Source: the human T2T-CHM13v2.0 reference genome, Homo sapiens. From it: 64,000 bases of DNA. The position numbers and the translations under genes were made by a program. Positions 32,505 to 44,556 of the stretch are shown piece after piece; within the stretch, counting starts at the first letter, position 1, and each line of letters begins with the position of its first letter. The notes beneath the pieces are model-generated. The model made no database searches, was not told where the DNA came from, and was given only the letters and a program-made list of their open reading frames with translations. The stretch lies in NCBI RefSeq assembly GCF_009914755.1, contig NC_060948.1, one strand, 5' to 3'.

Positions 32505-33050
32505 TGTAGCCACCTTTCTTGTGAGCTATCACCCAGCATTCTTTATCTCAAGTTCATGATGATTAACGATCATGGACACAAAGGTGAGGTTGGAGCAAAA
32601 GTTTAATAAGTGAAAGAAGAAAGCTCTCTGCTGACAGACAGGGGGGCCTGAATGGGTTAACCTCTGTGAGGCTGGGGTTCGGGGATTTTATGCATTGGGA
32701 AGGGAAAGAAATGTGCTTAGTCTGTGGGCTATCTTGGAAAAAGCTTGCTCAGGTTGGCCCACAACCTTGGCCCAGGACCAAACAGGAGCTGAAGAGAGGA
32801 TTCATAGAGGTAGCTTAGGTTAGCCTGGGAACTATCAGGAGCTGAAGTGAAAGGTTGGCCTGGGATTTTGGCCTGGAACCAATCAAGGAACTGAAGTGAT
32901 AATTAATAGAGGTCAAGCTCATCCTCTATAAAGGAAAGGAAAGTGCCCATCAGAACCCACTGGAGTCCACAGTGTTCATACCCACAAAAGAAGAAGAAAC
33001 TTTTTTCCTGGGAACTCACTGATTATACAAAGGACAAAGGCATTTCTGTG
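32505..33050 (-). mobile_element. ERV1 LTR, MER66-like
   Basis: 'ggtgaggttggagcaaaagtttaataag' and repeated '(acc)aatcaggagctgaagtga' units. It is the reverse-orientation relative of 49965-50602. Confidence 0.65.
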
Positions 33051-33079
33051 TCAATCCTTGTGCTGCTAATTTGCATCAT

Positions 33080-33960
33080 GATCGTTCGGTGTGAAGAATT
33101 CCCTTTAGCATTTCTTATAAGGCATTTCTTCTCTCTCTCAGTTTCTGTTTATTTGGGAAGGTCTTTATCTCTCCTTAATTCTAAAGCACATCTTTGACAT
33201 ATACAGCACCCTTGGTTGATAGTTTTTTTGTTTTCCCTTCATCACTTTTGATATATCAGCCTACTCTCTCCTAGCCTATAAGATTTCTGCTGAGAAATCT
33301 GCTGCTAACCTTGGACTATCTTATATGTTCGGTCCTTCTTTTCTTTTGCTGCTATCAGGATTTGGTCTTTGTCCTCAATTTTTGACAGTTTAATTATAAT
33401 ATGTCTTTGTGTCATCTTATTTGGATTGAATCTGTTTGGAAACCTTTGATCTTTCTGTACTGAGATTTATATTTCTCCAATTTTTGAGAGTTTTCTGCTA
33501 TTATCATTTAAAATGAGATTTCGACCTCTCCTTCTTTTCCTTTTACATTGATTTCTGCCCTTTTGAAAATATAGAGACTTATTCTAGGCTTTGCAGACTG
33601 GCTTTGTCTGGGAGTCTTGTCCTTGCAGACTGGCTTTGTCTGGGAAAGCCCTCTTCCAGTCATCCTTTCCTGAGATTCTGGATAGGATGCCTGGAATGTC
33701 TGAAGGTAGTCATTGGTCAGGCAGGAGTCATTGGGCAGGCTAACCTGGTGCCTTGGTCAGCAGGTAGAAAGGCCTGGCACCTACATCTGCATTGCTGGTC
33801 CTGAATCCTGTATCTACTGGGGTGGACCTGTGAATTGCATCTGTAGAGATGGGCCTGGAGGTTGGGTAAATGAGGATGAGCCAAAAGCTAGTATGTGTGG
33901 AGGTTGGCCTAAAATCTGGACCCACAAAGGCTGACATAACATCAGGGTGGGCCTTTAACT
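33080..33960 (-). mobile_element. L1M ORF1/5' fragment
   Basis: 'ccctttagcatttcttataagg' and 'gcctataagatttctgctgagaaatctgctg'. Confidence 0.65.
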
Positions 33961-33992
33961 TAAGTGCTAAAAGTCTGGTTTGTCACTGGGGT

Positions 33993-34445
33993 TGTAGGAG
34001 ATTGGTGAAGGTGGTGGGAAAAATTGTAGAAAGATGCAAACCCTCTTGGAAAGCCAGGAGGTTTTACAAAAGCTTTGGAAAATGATTTGGCTGAAGGCAG
34101 CCAGATTCTCTTATCCAGTGCCTGAAAGCTTAGTTTAGATAACAGGGGGATGTAAAGAAACTTATCTAGATAAGTTAGTTTACTTAGGCCTAGTATCTGT
34201 GTACACAGGACTACTCTCTCAGGGAGGATGAGCATGTTAATTACCCACAAGTGTTTTTACTCAAGGCCTTTGTCATTAAATCTGTACTGAATAAATGCCT
34301 GCAGTGCCAGCTTGTCAGGGCCAAGGCTGCTGCAACTCTTTCTGTGGGTGGTCTGGTCCTCTAGCCCACTCTTTCACTGGATATCTATGTTGCAGTGCAT
34401 TTGTTAATTTGTTTCTTGGTCAGGATCTGTGGGTTGGACATGGCA
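33993..34445 (+). mobile_element. LTR22, 5' LTR of HERV-K(HML-5)
   Basis: TG...CA element starting 'tgtaggagattggtgaaggtggtgggaaaaa', with 'ggctgaaggcagcc' and 'cttatctagataag'. A PBS follows. Confidence 0.88.
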
Positions 34446-34447
34446 GG

Positions 34448-34465
34448 TGGTGTCCTGTGTGAGGA
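34448..34465 (+). promoter_or_regulatory. Retroviral primer-binding site for elongator tRNA-Met
   Basis: TGGTGTCCTGTGTGAGGA matches 16/18 to TGGTGCCCCGTGTGAGGA, the complement of the recalled tRNA-Met(CAT) 3' end. It lies 2 nt after the LTR's CA. Confidence 0.8.
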
Positions 34466-34638
34466 ACACTGCAATAGATTGAGATGGAACCCTTGAAAAC
34501 AAAGGTGAGGAGACCATGCAGTCAGTAAGTCATGGGTGCCAACTCAGGATTTCCAGGCTTGAATGAATTGTTCAGGCTAGGGTTTCATTATGGGGCAACT
34601 GTTATCAGCACAACAAAAGCAGTACATGAAAGCATTGA

Positions 34639-34946
34639 GGCCAGATGTGGTGGCTCACGCCTGTAATCCCAGCACTTTGGGAGGCTGAGGTGGGCAGATC
34701 ATGAGGTCAGGAGATCCAGACCATCCTGGCTAACATGGTGAAACCCCATCTCCACTAAAAAATACAAAAAACATAGCCAAGTATGGTAACAGGTGCCTGT
34801 AGTCCCAGCTACTCAGGAGGCTGAGGCAGGAGAATGGTGTGAACCTGGAAGACGGAGCTTGCTGTGAGCTGAGACCATGCCACTGCACTCCAGCCTGGGT
34901 GACAGAGCAAGACTCTGTCACAAGAACAATAAATAAAAAATAAATA
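34639..34946 (+). mobile_element. AluY-type inserted in gag
   Basis: Full dimer. TSD AAAGCATTGA (34629-34638) versus AAAGTATTGA (34947-34956). Confidence 0.93.
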
Positions 34947-36481
34947 AAAGTATTGAAACAGCTGCTTTAATCTATCAGAGCCTTGGTTTTGCAGGCTCAA
35001 TTAAGGGACCTAATGCAAACTGCTGTTTTCCATAACCCATGGTTCCCAGGAGAAGGTATGCTAGACACAGAGCTCTGGGAACAAGTGGGGAGAAATCTTA
35101 AACAACATCATGTGCTAGGGCAATTAGTCCTAGTAACATCTCTGATGTTATGGGTTTTAGTTAGGGTGGCTCTGGTCCTGCTTTACACAGCAGAGCCTAA
35201 AAAAGAGGAGGGAGGAGGAACCATCACCTATCTTACCACCTTATCGCTACTGAATAAATCCCTCAGCCCCACTATCACTGGGCCAAAATAACAAAGAGAA
35301 AATGGAGGTATTTCATGAGCCCCCCTCCTACAATAAATTGGAAAAAAGACAGGAGATACACTACAGTTATGGGACCCTGTCTTAGGTAAGTGGCATTAAA
35401 AGGGGAGCTCTTAGCCTGCCCAGTAGTGCAAGATCAACAAAGCAATCAGGTACATAAAGAGATAAGGAAAACCATTAGAGATAATGGAGACACTAGCTCA
35501 TTTACAAAAGGATTAATTGAGGCCATAGCAGACAACTTATCTATGACTCCATGAGACTGCTCAGTGCTAGCTAAAACAACTTTAAACACCAGTCAATATC
35601 TCCTCTGGAGGGCAGAATTTGATGAATTCTGTGAACAGCAAAGCCTTTTCTAATCATAGCCACTGTTATTCCTCTCCTACCCTTGATGGGACTCTCTCAA
35701 GATCCAATTTGGGTAGAACAGTAGCCTTTAAAGGGAGAGAAATTACCAACAGCCCATGAGTTAGTTGAGGAGCAATTAAAAACCAGTCATATAGAATCGT
35801 CAAACAGCCCTTCAAATTCACCCATTTTTATCAATCCCAAATGGAAAATGGAGACTTTTTGCATGACTTACATGCTGTCAATGCTAATCTGCAACCTATG
35901 GTGCCCTTTCAGCAGGGGCTCCCTCACCTTGCAGTGATTTATCAAGATTGGCCTATAATCATTACTGACTTAAAAGACTGCTTTTATACTATCCCCCATG
36001 CAAAACAGGACAGAGAAAACTTCCATTTACAAGATCAGCTATCAATAAGGAAAAGCCAGCTCACCAATTTTATTGGAAGGTACTTCCTCAAGGTATGCTG
36101 AAGAGACATACCATATGTCAGTATCAGGTAAATCAAGCTTTACAGTAGAAAAAAAATTCAAATTACAAGATTATTCATTTTATTGATATTTTACTAGCAG
36201 CCCCAACAGAGCCAGTACTTTTCAAGTTATATGCCTCTGTCATAAAGAATACACAGTTAAGAGATTAAATCATAGCACCTAAAAAAAATACAGATGTCTT
36301 CTCTTTGGAAAAATCTTGGGTACCTACTACCTTCTTGGTCAGTAAGACCTCAAAATGTTAAATTAAATGCTAGCACCTTAAATGATTATCAGAAATTACT
36401 AGGCGATATTAACTGGCTTTGCTTCATCTTAGACATAACTAGTGATAAGTTACAGAACCGGCTTTCTATGCTAAAAGGCAA

Positions 36482-37203
36482 TGTGTCTGGAATTGGTTCC
36501 CTCCATTAGGTTCTTGGTCTTGCAGACTTCAATAATGAAGCCGCAGACCCTCGCAGTGAGTGTTATAGTCTTAAAGACCATGTGTCTAGAGTTCGTTCCT
36601 TCAGATGTTTGTGGTCTCACTGACTTCAGGAGTGAAGCTGCAGACTTCCTCAGTGAATGTTACAGCTCTTAAAGATGGCACGTCCAGAATTGTTTTTTAT
36701 CTCCTGGTGGGTTCGTGGTCTTGCTGAGTTCAGGAAAGAAGCTGCAGACCTTCACAATGATTGTTACAGCTCTTAAAGGTGGCTCATCCAGAGTTGTTCA
36801 TTCTTCCAGTGGGTTTGTGGTCTGCTGGTTTCAGGAGTGAAGCTGCAGACCTTCGTGGTGTTACAGATCATAAAGGTAGTGTGGACCCAAAAAGAGCAGC
36901 AGCAAGATTTATTGCAAAAAGTGAAAGAACAAAGCTCCCACAGCATGGAAGGGGACATGATGGGTTGCCGCTACTGGCTCTGGTGGCCACTTTTTTCCCC
37001 TTATTTGGCCCCACCTACATCCTGCTGATTGATCCATTTTACAGAGTGCTGATTGGTCCTTTTTTACAGAGTGCTTATTGGTGGATTTACAAACTTTTAG
37101 CTAGACACAGAGTGCTGATTGGGGCATTTACAATCCTTTAACTAGACAGAAAAGTTCTCCAAGTCCCCACCCAACCCAGAAACCCAGCTGGCTTCACTTC
37201 TTA
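36482..37203 (-). mobile_element. LTR12 (ERV9) solo LTR, antisense in HML-5 pol
   Basis: Repeated 'ggagtgaagctgcagacctt' and 'gtgctgattgg' (CCAAT on the minus strand) units. 4-bp TSD GCAA at 36478-36481 and 37204-37207. Removing it restores pol KGNTALDSP. Confidence 0.93.
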
Positions 37204-39287
37204 GCAATACTGCCCTAGACTCTCCCAAGTATTTAACTCCTGCAGCACGAAGAGAAACTGAAGAGATAGAGCAAGCTATTTCTCAGAAGCAACTAGATTG
37301 CATAGATGCATGGTATTCAGTTCAGTTGTTTGTTTTTCCCACTCAACAGTCTCCTACAGGGTTAATAGGACCGATGGCCCCAGGGCTGTCTCTCTAGAAT
37401 GAGTTTTTTCCTCACAAATCAGGACTAAAACCCTCTCTCCCTAAATCCAGTTAGTTAGTTAATAAAGTCATGTATTCAGGCTGCAGATGATGCAATCAGT
37501 TGCTAGGTTATGACTCTGTTATCAGAATTTGTTTAAGTAAAAAGGAATTTGAAGCATTATTGCCCTTATTTATGGACTTGCAATTAGCACTTTCCAATTA
37601 TATAGGACATATAGAGCACACCCTTCCTGCTGACAAACTCCTTTAGCTCTTATCTTGTACTTCTATGGTTTTGCCTACTAAAATAGTTCAATACCCCATA
37701 CCTGATGCTTTAACACTGTTTACTGGTGACTCTGGTAAATGGAAAAACGGCTGTTTGGTGGAGACTGCATAATTCCCTCACTCCTTCTGGATTCGCTAGC
37801 ACTCAGAGAGCTGAGGTTGGAGCCTTAATATTGGCCTCAGAAACTTTTTCCACCCAGCCTATCAATATTGTTAGTGACTCTGCTTACTCTGCTTTCTTAT
37901 TGCAGAAACTTGAGACAGCCCTCATTAAGTCCACTCTGGAGCCCATCCTGTGTGTACTTTTTCACTGACTTCAGCAATTGCTAGATCAACGTACACATCC
38001 TATTTTTATTACACACACTTGGGCCCATAGCTCATTGCCTGGCCCATTGGCTTATGGAAATAATAAAGCAGACCTGCAAGTTATGACATCACAGCTTGAC
38101 TAAGCCACCTAATTGCATCAATTCTTTTCACCAAAACTGGAGAAACTTATCTAAACAATCTCAATTTACCCAGAGGTTAGCTAAACAAATTACCCTGCAA
38201 TGTCCAGATTGCCAGCTCACAGGTACATCTCCTCCTTCAACGGGTGCTAACCCTATAAAACTAGAACCTAATCAGTTATGGCAAACAGATGTTACATATG
38301 TCCCTGAATTTGGAAAACTTAAATATATACATGTATCCATTGATACATTTAATTAGCACTCATGCTTCTCCTGGAGAGTCCACCTGATATGTCATTAAAC
38401 ATCCTCTTTTAACTTTTGCATTTACGGGATGGCCCACAAAAATTAAAACTGACAATGGTCCAGCTTATGCCAGCTCAAAATGTCACATCTAGAACATCCA
38501 ACATTCCACAGGCATCCTGTTACAACCCACAAGGACAGGCCATAGTAGAACATGTCCATTCAACTCAGACTCAAGTATTGTCTTAGAGCAATGTAAAAGT
38601 GGACAAACAAAAATTCTAACCAGAAATGATACACTTAAGACATGCAGAATCAACACAAATTATAAAAATGCAGGTTAAAATCCCATTATTGTATTGTGCA
38701 GCTTTACTTTAAATATTATTCTAGAATGTTCACTTCTCTTATTCTTATTGTTTAAATGAACTGAGAATCTTTATTTTGCATTGCTTTTTGGTAAATGACC
38801 TAGGCATTAACATAACATTAAGAAAAATAAGCAGCAGCAGAGAAAAATCATACAGTTCTAATTCTCAAATTAAAATAAGCAGGACATAGAAAATTTACAC
38901 TAGTTTTACCTGCTTAAGCTAACTTTCTGGGAAACAGTATGGGACAACTTAAAAATATGTTGCATTGGATTAAAAATGATAGTCTTAAAAGTTCCAAGTA
39001 GCATAAACTTGGGAATAATATGCTCATGTGTTTAGAATACTGTATAAAAAAAGAGGATGTTAAAATTAGAGATTCAATTCCAATTTATGAACAACTGATG
39101 TTTAATGATTTGTTCAAATAAAAAACAACCTGTAGCCTAAATGCTACAATTTGTCTTTCAAATGTATTATATGAAACAAAAACAAGCAAACAAAAATAAT
39201 AAATGTAAGTCCATGACAACATTTAGATCACATGGTCAATTAATTGTGTAAAAAAATTGTGTCCAAAGAGGTAACATGAATAAATCA

Positions 39288-40998
39288 ATTAGTGGTGATT
39301 TCTGGGATACTGGAGCACCCATCGCCAAGCAGAGTACATTACACCCAATGTACAGTCATTTATCCCTCACCCCCATCCCACTGTTCCCCGAGTCTCCAGA
39401 GTTAATTATATTGTTACGCTTTTGTATCTTCATGGCTTAGATCCTACTTATAAGTGAAAACATACATTTGATTTTGTATTTCTGAGTTACCTCCCTTAGA
39501 ATCATGGCTTCCAGCTACATCCAGGTTGTCACAAATGAAATTATTTTACTACTTTTATGGCTCAGTGGTATCCCATAATATCCGTATTTAACATTTTCTT
39601 TATTCACTCATTGGTTGAAGAGCATTTATGTTGGTTCCATATTTTTTTTTGCAATTGCGAATTATCCTGCTATAATCATGCTTGTGCAAGTGTCTTTTCA
39701 GTAGTATGTAGTATGGGATTGTTAGATCAAATGATAGTTCTATGTTAGTTCTTTAAGGAATCTCCATACTGTTTTTCACAGTGGCTGTACCACTGTTTAT
39801 ATTACCACCAGCAGTGTAAAACTGTTTACTTTTTGACACATCCATGCAAACATCTATTATTTTTTGATTTTTAAAATTATGGCCATTTTTGCAGGAGGAA
39901 GGTAGGAAGGCATTTATTTGTATTTCCCTGATAATCAGGGGTGCTGAGTATTTTTTAATTTGTTTGTTGTCCTGTTGTACATCTTCTTTTGAGAGTTGTC
40001 CATTCATGTTCTTAGCCCATTTTTTGTAGGCATCCTTTATTTTCCTCCTGCTGATATGTTTGTCTCTTGTAGATTCTGGATATTAGTTGTTTGTCACATG
40101 TCTAGATTGTGAAGATTTTTCTCCCCCTCTGTGGGTTGTCTGTTTACTCTGCTGATTCTTTCTTTTGCTGTATGGAAGCTTTCTAATTCAATTAAGTCCC
40201 ATTTATTTATCCTTTTTTGTTGTTGCACTTGCTTTTGGATTCTTGCTTAAGACTTTTTCTATGTCTACAAGAGTTTCTCTGATGTTACCTCTAGAACTTT
40301 TATGGTTTCAGATCTTAGATTTGAGTCTTTTCTCCATGTTTAGTTGATTTTCTTGATAAGGTGAGAGATGAGAATCCCCCTTTATTTCTCTGCATCTGGC
40401 TGGCAAATCATTTCAGCACTATTTGTTGAATAGGGTGTCCTTTTCTCACTTCATGTTTTTGTTGCTTTATGAGAGATTAATTGGCTGTAAGTTTTTGGCA
40501 CTATTTCTGGGTCCTCTATTCTGGTCCATTGTTCTGTATACCAGTTTTTATACCAGTACCATGCTGTTTTGGTAACTACAGCCTTGTACTGTAGTTGGAA
40601 TTCTGATAATGTGATACCTGCAGATTTTTTCTTTTTTTTTTTTTTTTTTTTGGTTTGGCTATGTGGGACCTTTTTTTGTTCTATATAAATTTTAGGACTC
40701 TGCTTTTTAGTTATGTGAAGGATGATTATGACAGTTTCTGGAAATTGCACTAAATTTATAGTTTGCTTTTGGCAGTATAGTCCATTTTCACAATATTAAT
40801 TTTATTCATCCATGCTTATGGGATGTGTTTCAATTTGTTTGTGTCATCTATGATTTTTTTCAGCAGTGTTTTGTAGTTTTCCTTATGGAGATCTGCCACA
40901 TTCCTGGTTAGGCATATTCTTAGGAATTCTTTATTTTATTTTATTTTGCAGCTGTAGTAAAAGGGATTGGTTCTTGAGTTGATTCTCAGCTTGGTCTC
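39288..40998 (-). mobile_element. L1PB 3' portion
   Basis: 'ttagtggtgatttctgggatactggagcacccatc' followed by antisense ORF2 (KTAWYWYKN in ORF 40451-40750). Confidence 0.88.
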
Positions 40999-40999
40999 T

Positions 41000-41605
41000 G
41001 AGGGGTAGCAAGGGCCTGGTTAAGGGGAGAGAAGGATGTTTAATGGGCACAAAAAATAAAAATAATCAATAAGACTTACTATTTAATAGCACAAAAGGCT
41101 GACTATATTCAATAATAACTTAATTTTACAATTTAAAGTACTTAACGAGTGTAATATTTTATAACTTATTATTATTATTATACTTTTTTTTTGGATATGG
41201 AGTTTTCCATATGACATGATCTCAGCTCACTGCAACCTCTGCTGACTGGGTGCAAGTGATTATCCTGCCTCAGCCTCCCAGGTAGCTGGGATTACAGGCA
41301 CCCACCAACAGTGCCAGCTGATTTTAATATTTTCAGTAGAGATGTGGTTTCAAAATGTTGCCCAGGCTGGTCTTGAGCCCCTGACCTCAAGTGATCCACC
41401 TGTCTCGGCCTCCTAAATGGCCAGAATTACAGGTGTGAGCCACAGTGCCTGGCCTATTTTTTGTAACTTAAAGGATAAATGGTTTAGAAGATTAATTCCC
41501 CATTCTTCATAATGTGCTTATTTCACATTGCATGCATATGTCAGAATATCTCATGTATCCCAAAATATATATGCCTATTAAATAGGGACAGACATTTTAA
41601 AAAAG
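41000..41605 (+). mobile_element. L1MA1/2-type 3'UTR split by an Alu
   Basis: 'aataagacttactatttaatagcacaa' and 'cttatttcacattgcatg'. Confidence 0.75.
41170..41455 (-). mobile_element. AluS
   Basis: Antisense Alu with TSD-like 'tttt(a/g)taactta' on both sides. Confidence 0.9.
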
Positions 41606-41629
41606 AACATAATATCTTGCTTTATTTTA

Positions 41630-42960
41630 AAGAAATAGAAGGATCAAAACTATAGAAATAAGAGGTAATAAGAAATAAATAAAATTTTAGCAATTAAATA
41701 AAATGAATAGTCATAAGATAAAAAATAAATAGAAGTAAAATAAACAGGGCTATAATAAAATTAAAATGTAAAGATAAACAAAAATAAAATATGAATAAAG
41801 TAATAAAAATAAAACAGATAATATAAAGAAAAACAAAACTTTAAAAATAGGGAAGAAATGCAAACATAACAAAAGTGCAAAAAATGAAAAAAATTAAAAA
41901 CTAAAATGAAAATAAATAAAGAAGACTATAAATGGAGACATAATAGAAAATATAGTAAAAAATTAAAAAATGAATTAAATGCAGACAGAACAAAATGAGA
42001 TAATTGCAAATAAAATAGAAAATAATTAAGTTAGTATTCACAAATAAGTGAAAATAAAAATAAAATAAAAATAATCGAAAGGTAGTAAAACTAACTATAA
42101 ATTGAAAAAATAAATGGAAGAGAAAAAGCTAAACAAAAATAAATACAGTAAATATAAAAAACTAAAAAATAAATAAAAATGTAAAACAAGTGAGGAGAAT
42201 ATTTTTAAAAAATGAATTATAAGATGAATATGTGAGAATATAAAATAAATACTAATAGGATAAAATATACAAAAAATATAAAGAGAAATATGTAAAATTA
42301 ATGAAGATAATATGAGATAGAAGGTAGACATAACTTGAAGTATAATTAAATAAACATTTAATATAAAATAAGAGAAGTGAAAAGCTAAAGTTAAATGAAA
42401 AGTAGTTAGAAACATTTCATACATAATATAAATATATTAAATGAAGATAAATACGATAAAATTAATAATAAAATAAATAAAATATAAAATAAAATAAATA
42501 ATAAATGATGACTATAAAATTAAATTGGCTGTTTTGTAATAAGTGGAGGAATGAAAATAAAGGGAAACCAAATAAAATAAATTAAATAAAAAATAAATAA
42601 AATAAAAAAGAAATATAAGTAAAATAAAATATATATAAAAAGCAAAATAAAAGAAGAACAAAGGAAAAATCTAAAGAAAGAAACTAAAATCAGATAAAAA
42701 TGAGAGGTAAAATTGTAAAATGAAGTAAAAAATAATGTAAAGGGAAATAAAATGCAATTAAGGAAAATTAAGACATAAAAGTTAGACAATAATAAGTGAA
42801 ATAAACATAAAGGAGTGAAACAAATACAAATGCGATGAGAAAAAATCGAATATTCTTAACATAATTTTAAAAATAGAATATATGAAGAGAGAAACAAAAT
42901 AAAGAATAATTTAGAAATAATCATAATTTAAAATGAAGATAATAAAGAAAATAAAACTTT
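41630..42960. repeat. ~1.3 kb A-rich low-complexity tract
   Basis: Degenerate AAAAT/AAAT/AAAG mosaic with very few C on the + strand. Confidence 0.9.
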
Positions 42961-42964
42961 ATAA

Positions 42965-44555
42965 CAATTACTTCTGGGAATGCAAGATGGTATGGTAATT
43001 TTGAAAAATAATTCAGCAGCTTCTTATAAAATTAAACCTGTACTTATTCCATGATCCAGGAATTTCAGTCCCAGATATTTACTAAAACAAATTGCAAACT
43101 AACGTTTAAACAATAATCTGTTTCTGAATGTTTATAGTCACTTTCTTTATAACTGTCAGAGGTGGAAGATTAACAGATATTCTTTAATAAGCAAATTAAT
43201 TAGAAAAAAAACCTGGTTCATTTGTACAATGAAATACCACATGTCAAAAAAGGAACTTGTTATGTATTTAAGTGGATCTTTCTAAGTTAGGGAGCTCAGA
43301 TTTAAAGACTGTACACTATATTATTCCATTTACATGACATAGCAAAAGGAAAATTATAGGAAGGGAAGATGAATAGTGGTTGCCCAAAGAAGGGATTGGG
43401 GAAGGAGTTGATTACAATGGGGAAGCATGAGACAATTTTTGACATGTTGTAAAACAGTTCTGTGTAGTAGTTTCGAGGTGAATATGTGACTGTAGACAGT
43501 TGTTAAAATCCACTTCATTGTGAACCACAATAAATAAATTTTTCTCTAGGTAATATTAAAAAAAATTCACCAATATGTTGGAGAAACTAATGTAAAATAT
43601 AGATATTGAAAAATTTATTGAATTGTATTACGAAGTATGACATACTAATATTGAAGGGGTGGAGATGAAAGGTCCTAACTTAAGTAAGTTTAAAATAAAA
43701 AACAGTGTTTTTGTACAGTACTAAGAACTGTAAACAAACACTTTTTTTAGTATATATTAAAACACTTTTAAATATATATTAAAAAGTTAGCAATTCTGAG
43801 ACAATATTATGCTAGTAAGTAAATTATAGATAATTAGATTTGTTTCTCACTGTGTTTGAGGGGAAATAAAATATTAAAAAGAAAATACTAAAACCTTTTG
43901 ATGTTGGATTGTATTTGAAAATATTTGTAGAAACTTTTGTCACTCTTAATATATCTAGAAAAATGATAGATACAGATATAGATAAGTATGAAGAGCTGAG
44001 TTTATATTTACATGCACATTTCCTAACTCCATCAGCTGAGAGGGCCCAGAAGTAGTGGTACTCCAGTATTAGTGAGCACACCGTGATCTCACGTCTTGCT
44101 TTCTAAATTACATTATTTAATAAAATAAAATAGAAAATTTGGGGAAAATGGTTAATTACAGGGCTGTAAATGAAACATACCAAGTGAGTGTAGAATATCT
44201 TTTAGAGTTAGAAAGTTAGGAAATAACTTTAGCAGAAAAAAAAGACATATTAATAGGACCCAGACTTATAGGTCTCACAGTGGAGTAAGCTGGGGCAATG
44301 GCAGTGTTAGTAACAAAATAATTATAGTATTGAATAATTGTATAAACTAGAGACTAAATATCCATGAGTCCATATGGATATAAAAAGATTAAATAAGAAA
44401 AAAGAGAGAAATTAAAAACTGAAAGAAAAAAGAATGTGAAGAAGGAAAAATAAAAGGAAGGGAAAAATGTTTTTGCCAGAATTTCATGTAATATATGTAG
44501 ATAGATAATGCAAAACAGAAAATCACCATTTGAGGAACACTACAGTAAGAATTAC
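42965..44555 (+). mobile_element. Old L1 (L1MC/MD/ME-age) 3' region
   Basis: Highly diverged ORF2-end motifs and a long 3'UTR ('catcagctgagagggcccagaagtagtgg'). Confidence 0.6.
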
Positions 44556-44556
44556 A

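Larger units (their letters stand above)
34446..38565 (+). mobile_element. HERV-K(HML-5)/HERVK22 internal region: decayed gag and pol (RT, RNaseH, IN); no env or 3' LTR
   Basis: gag ATG at 34590 (MGQ...) and matrix-like HNPWFPGEGMLDTELWEQVG. RT gives DLHAVNA/DLKDCFYTIP and YQKLLGDINWL, RNaseH gives STQRAEV/NIVSDSAY, and integrase gives CPDCQ and LWQTDVT. Many stops and frameshifts. Confidence 0.9.

Noticed and set aside
36482-37203. Regularly repeated units as a CRISPR-like array
   Set aside because: They are the internal tandem repeats of LTR12, have no unique spacers and lie in a eukaryotic context.
38570-39285. Non-repeat segment as HML-5 env or an exon (donor-like CAG|GTAAAA on the minus strand, ~38910)
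   Set aside because: No env motifs or recognisable peptide, and a single donor-like site is expected by chance.
42095-42789. Hydrophobic F/I/L/Y-rich ORFs as membrane proteins
   Set aside because: They are translation artefacts of the T-rich strand of the low-complexity tract.
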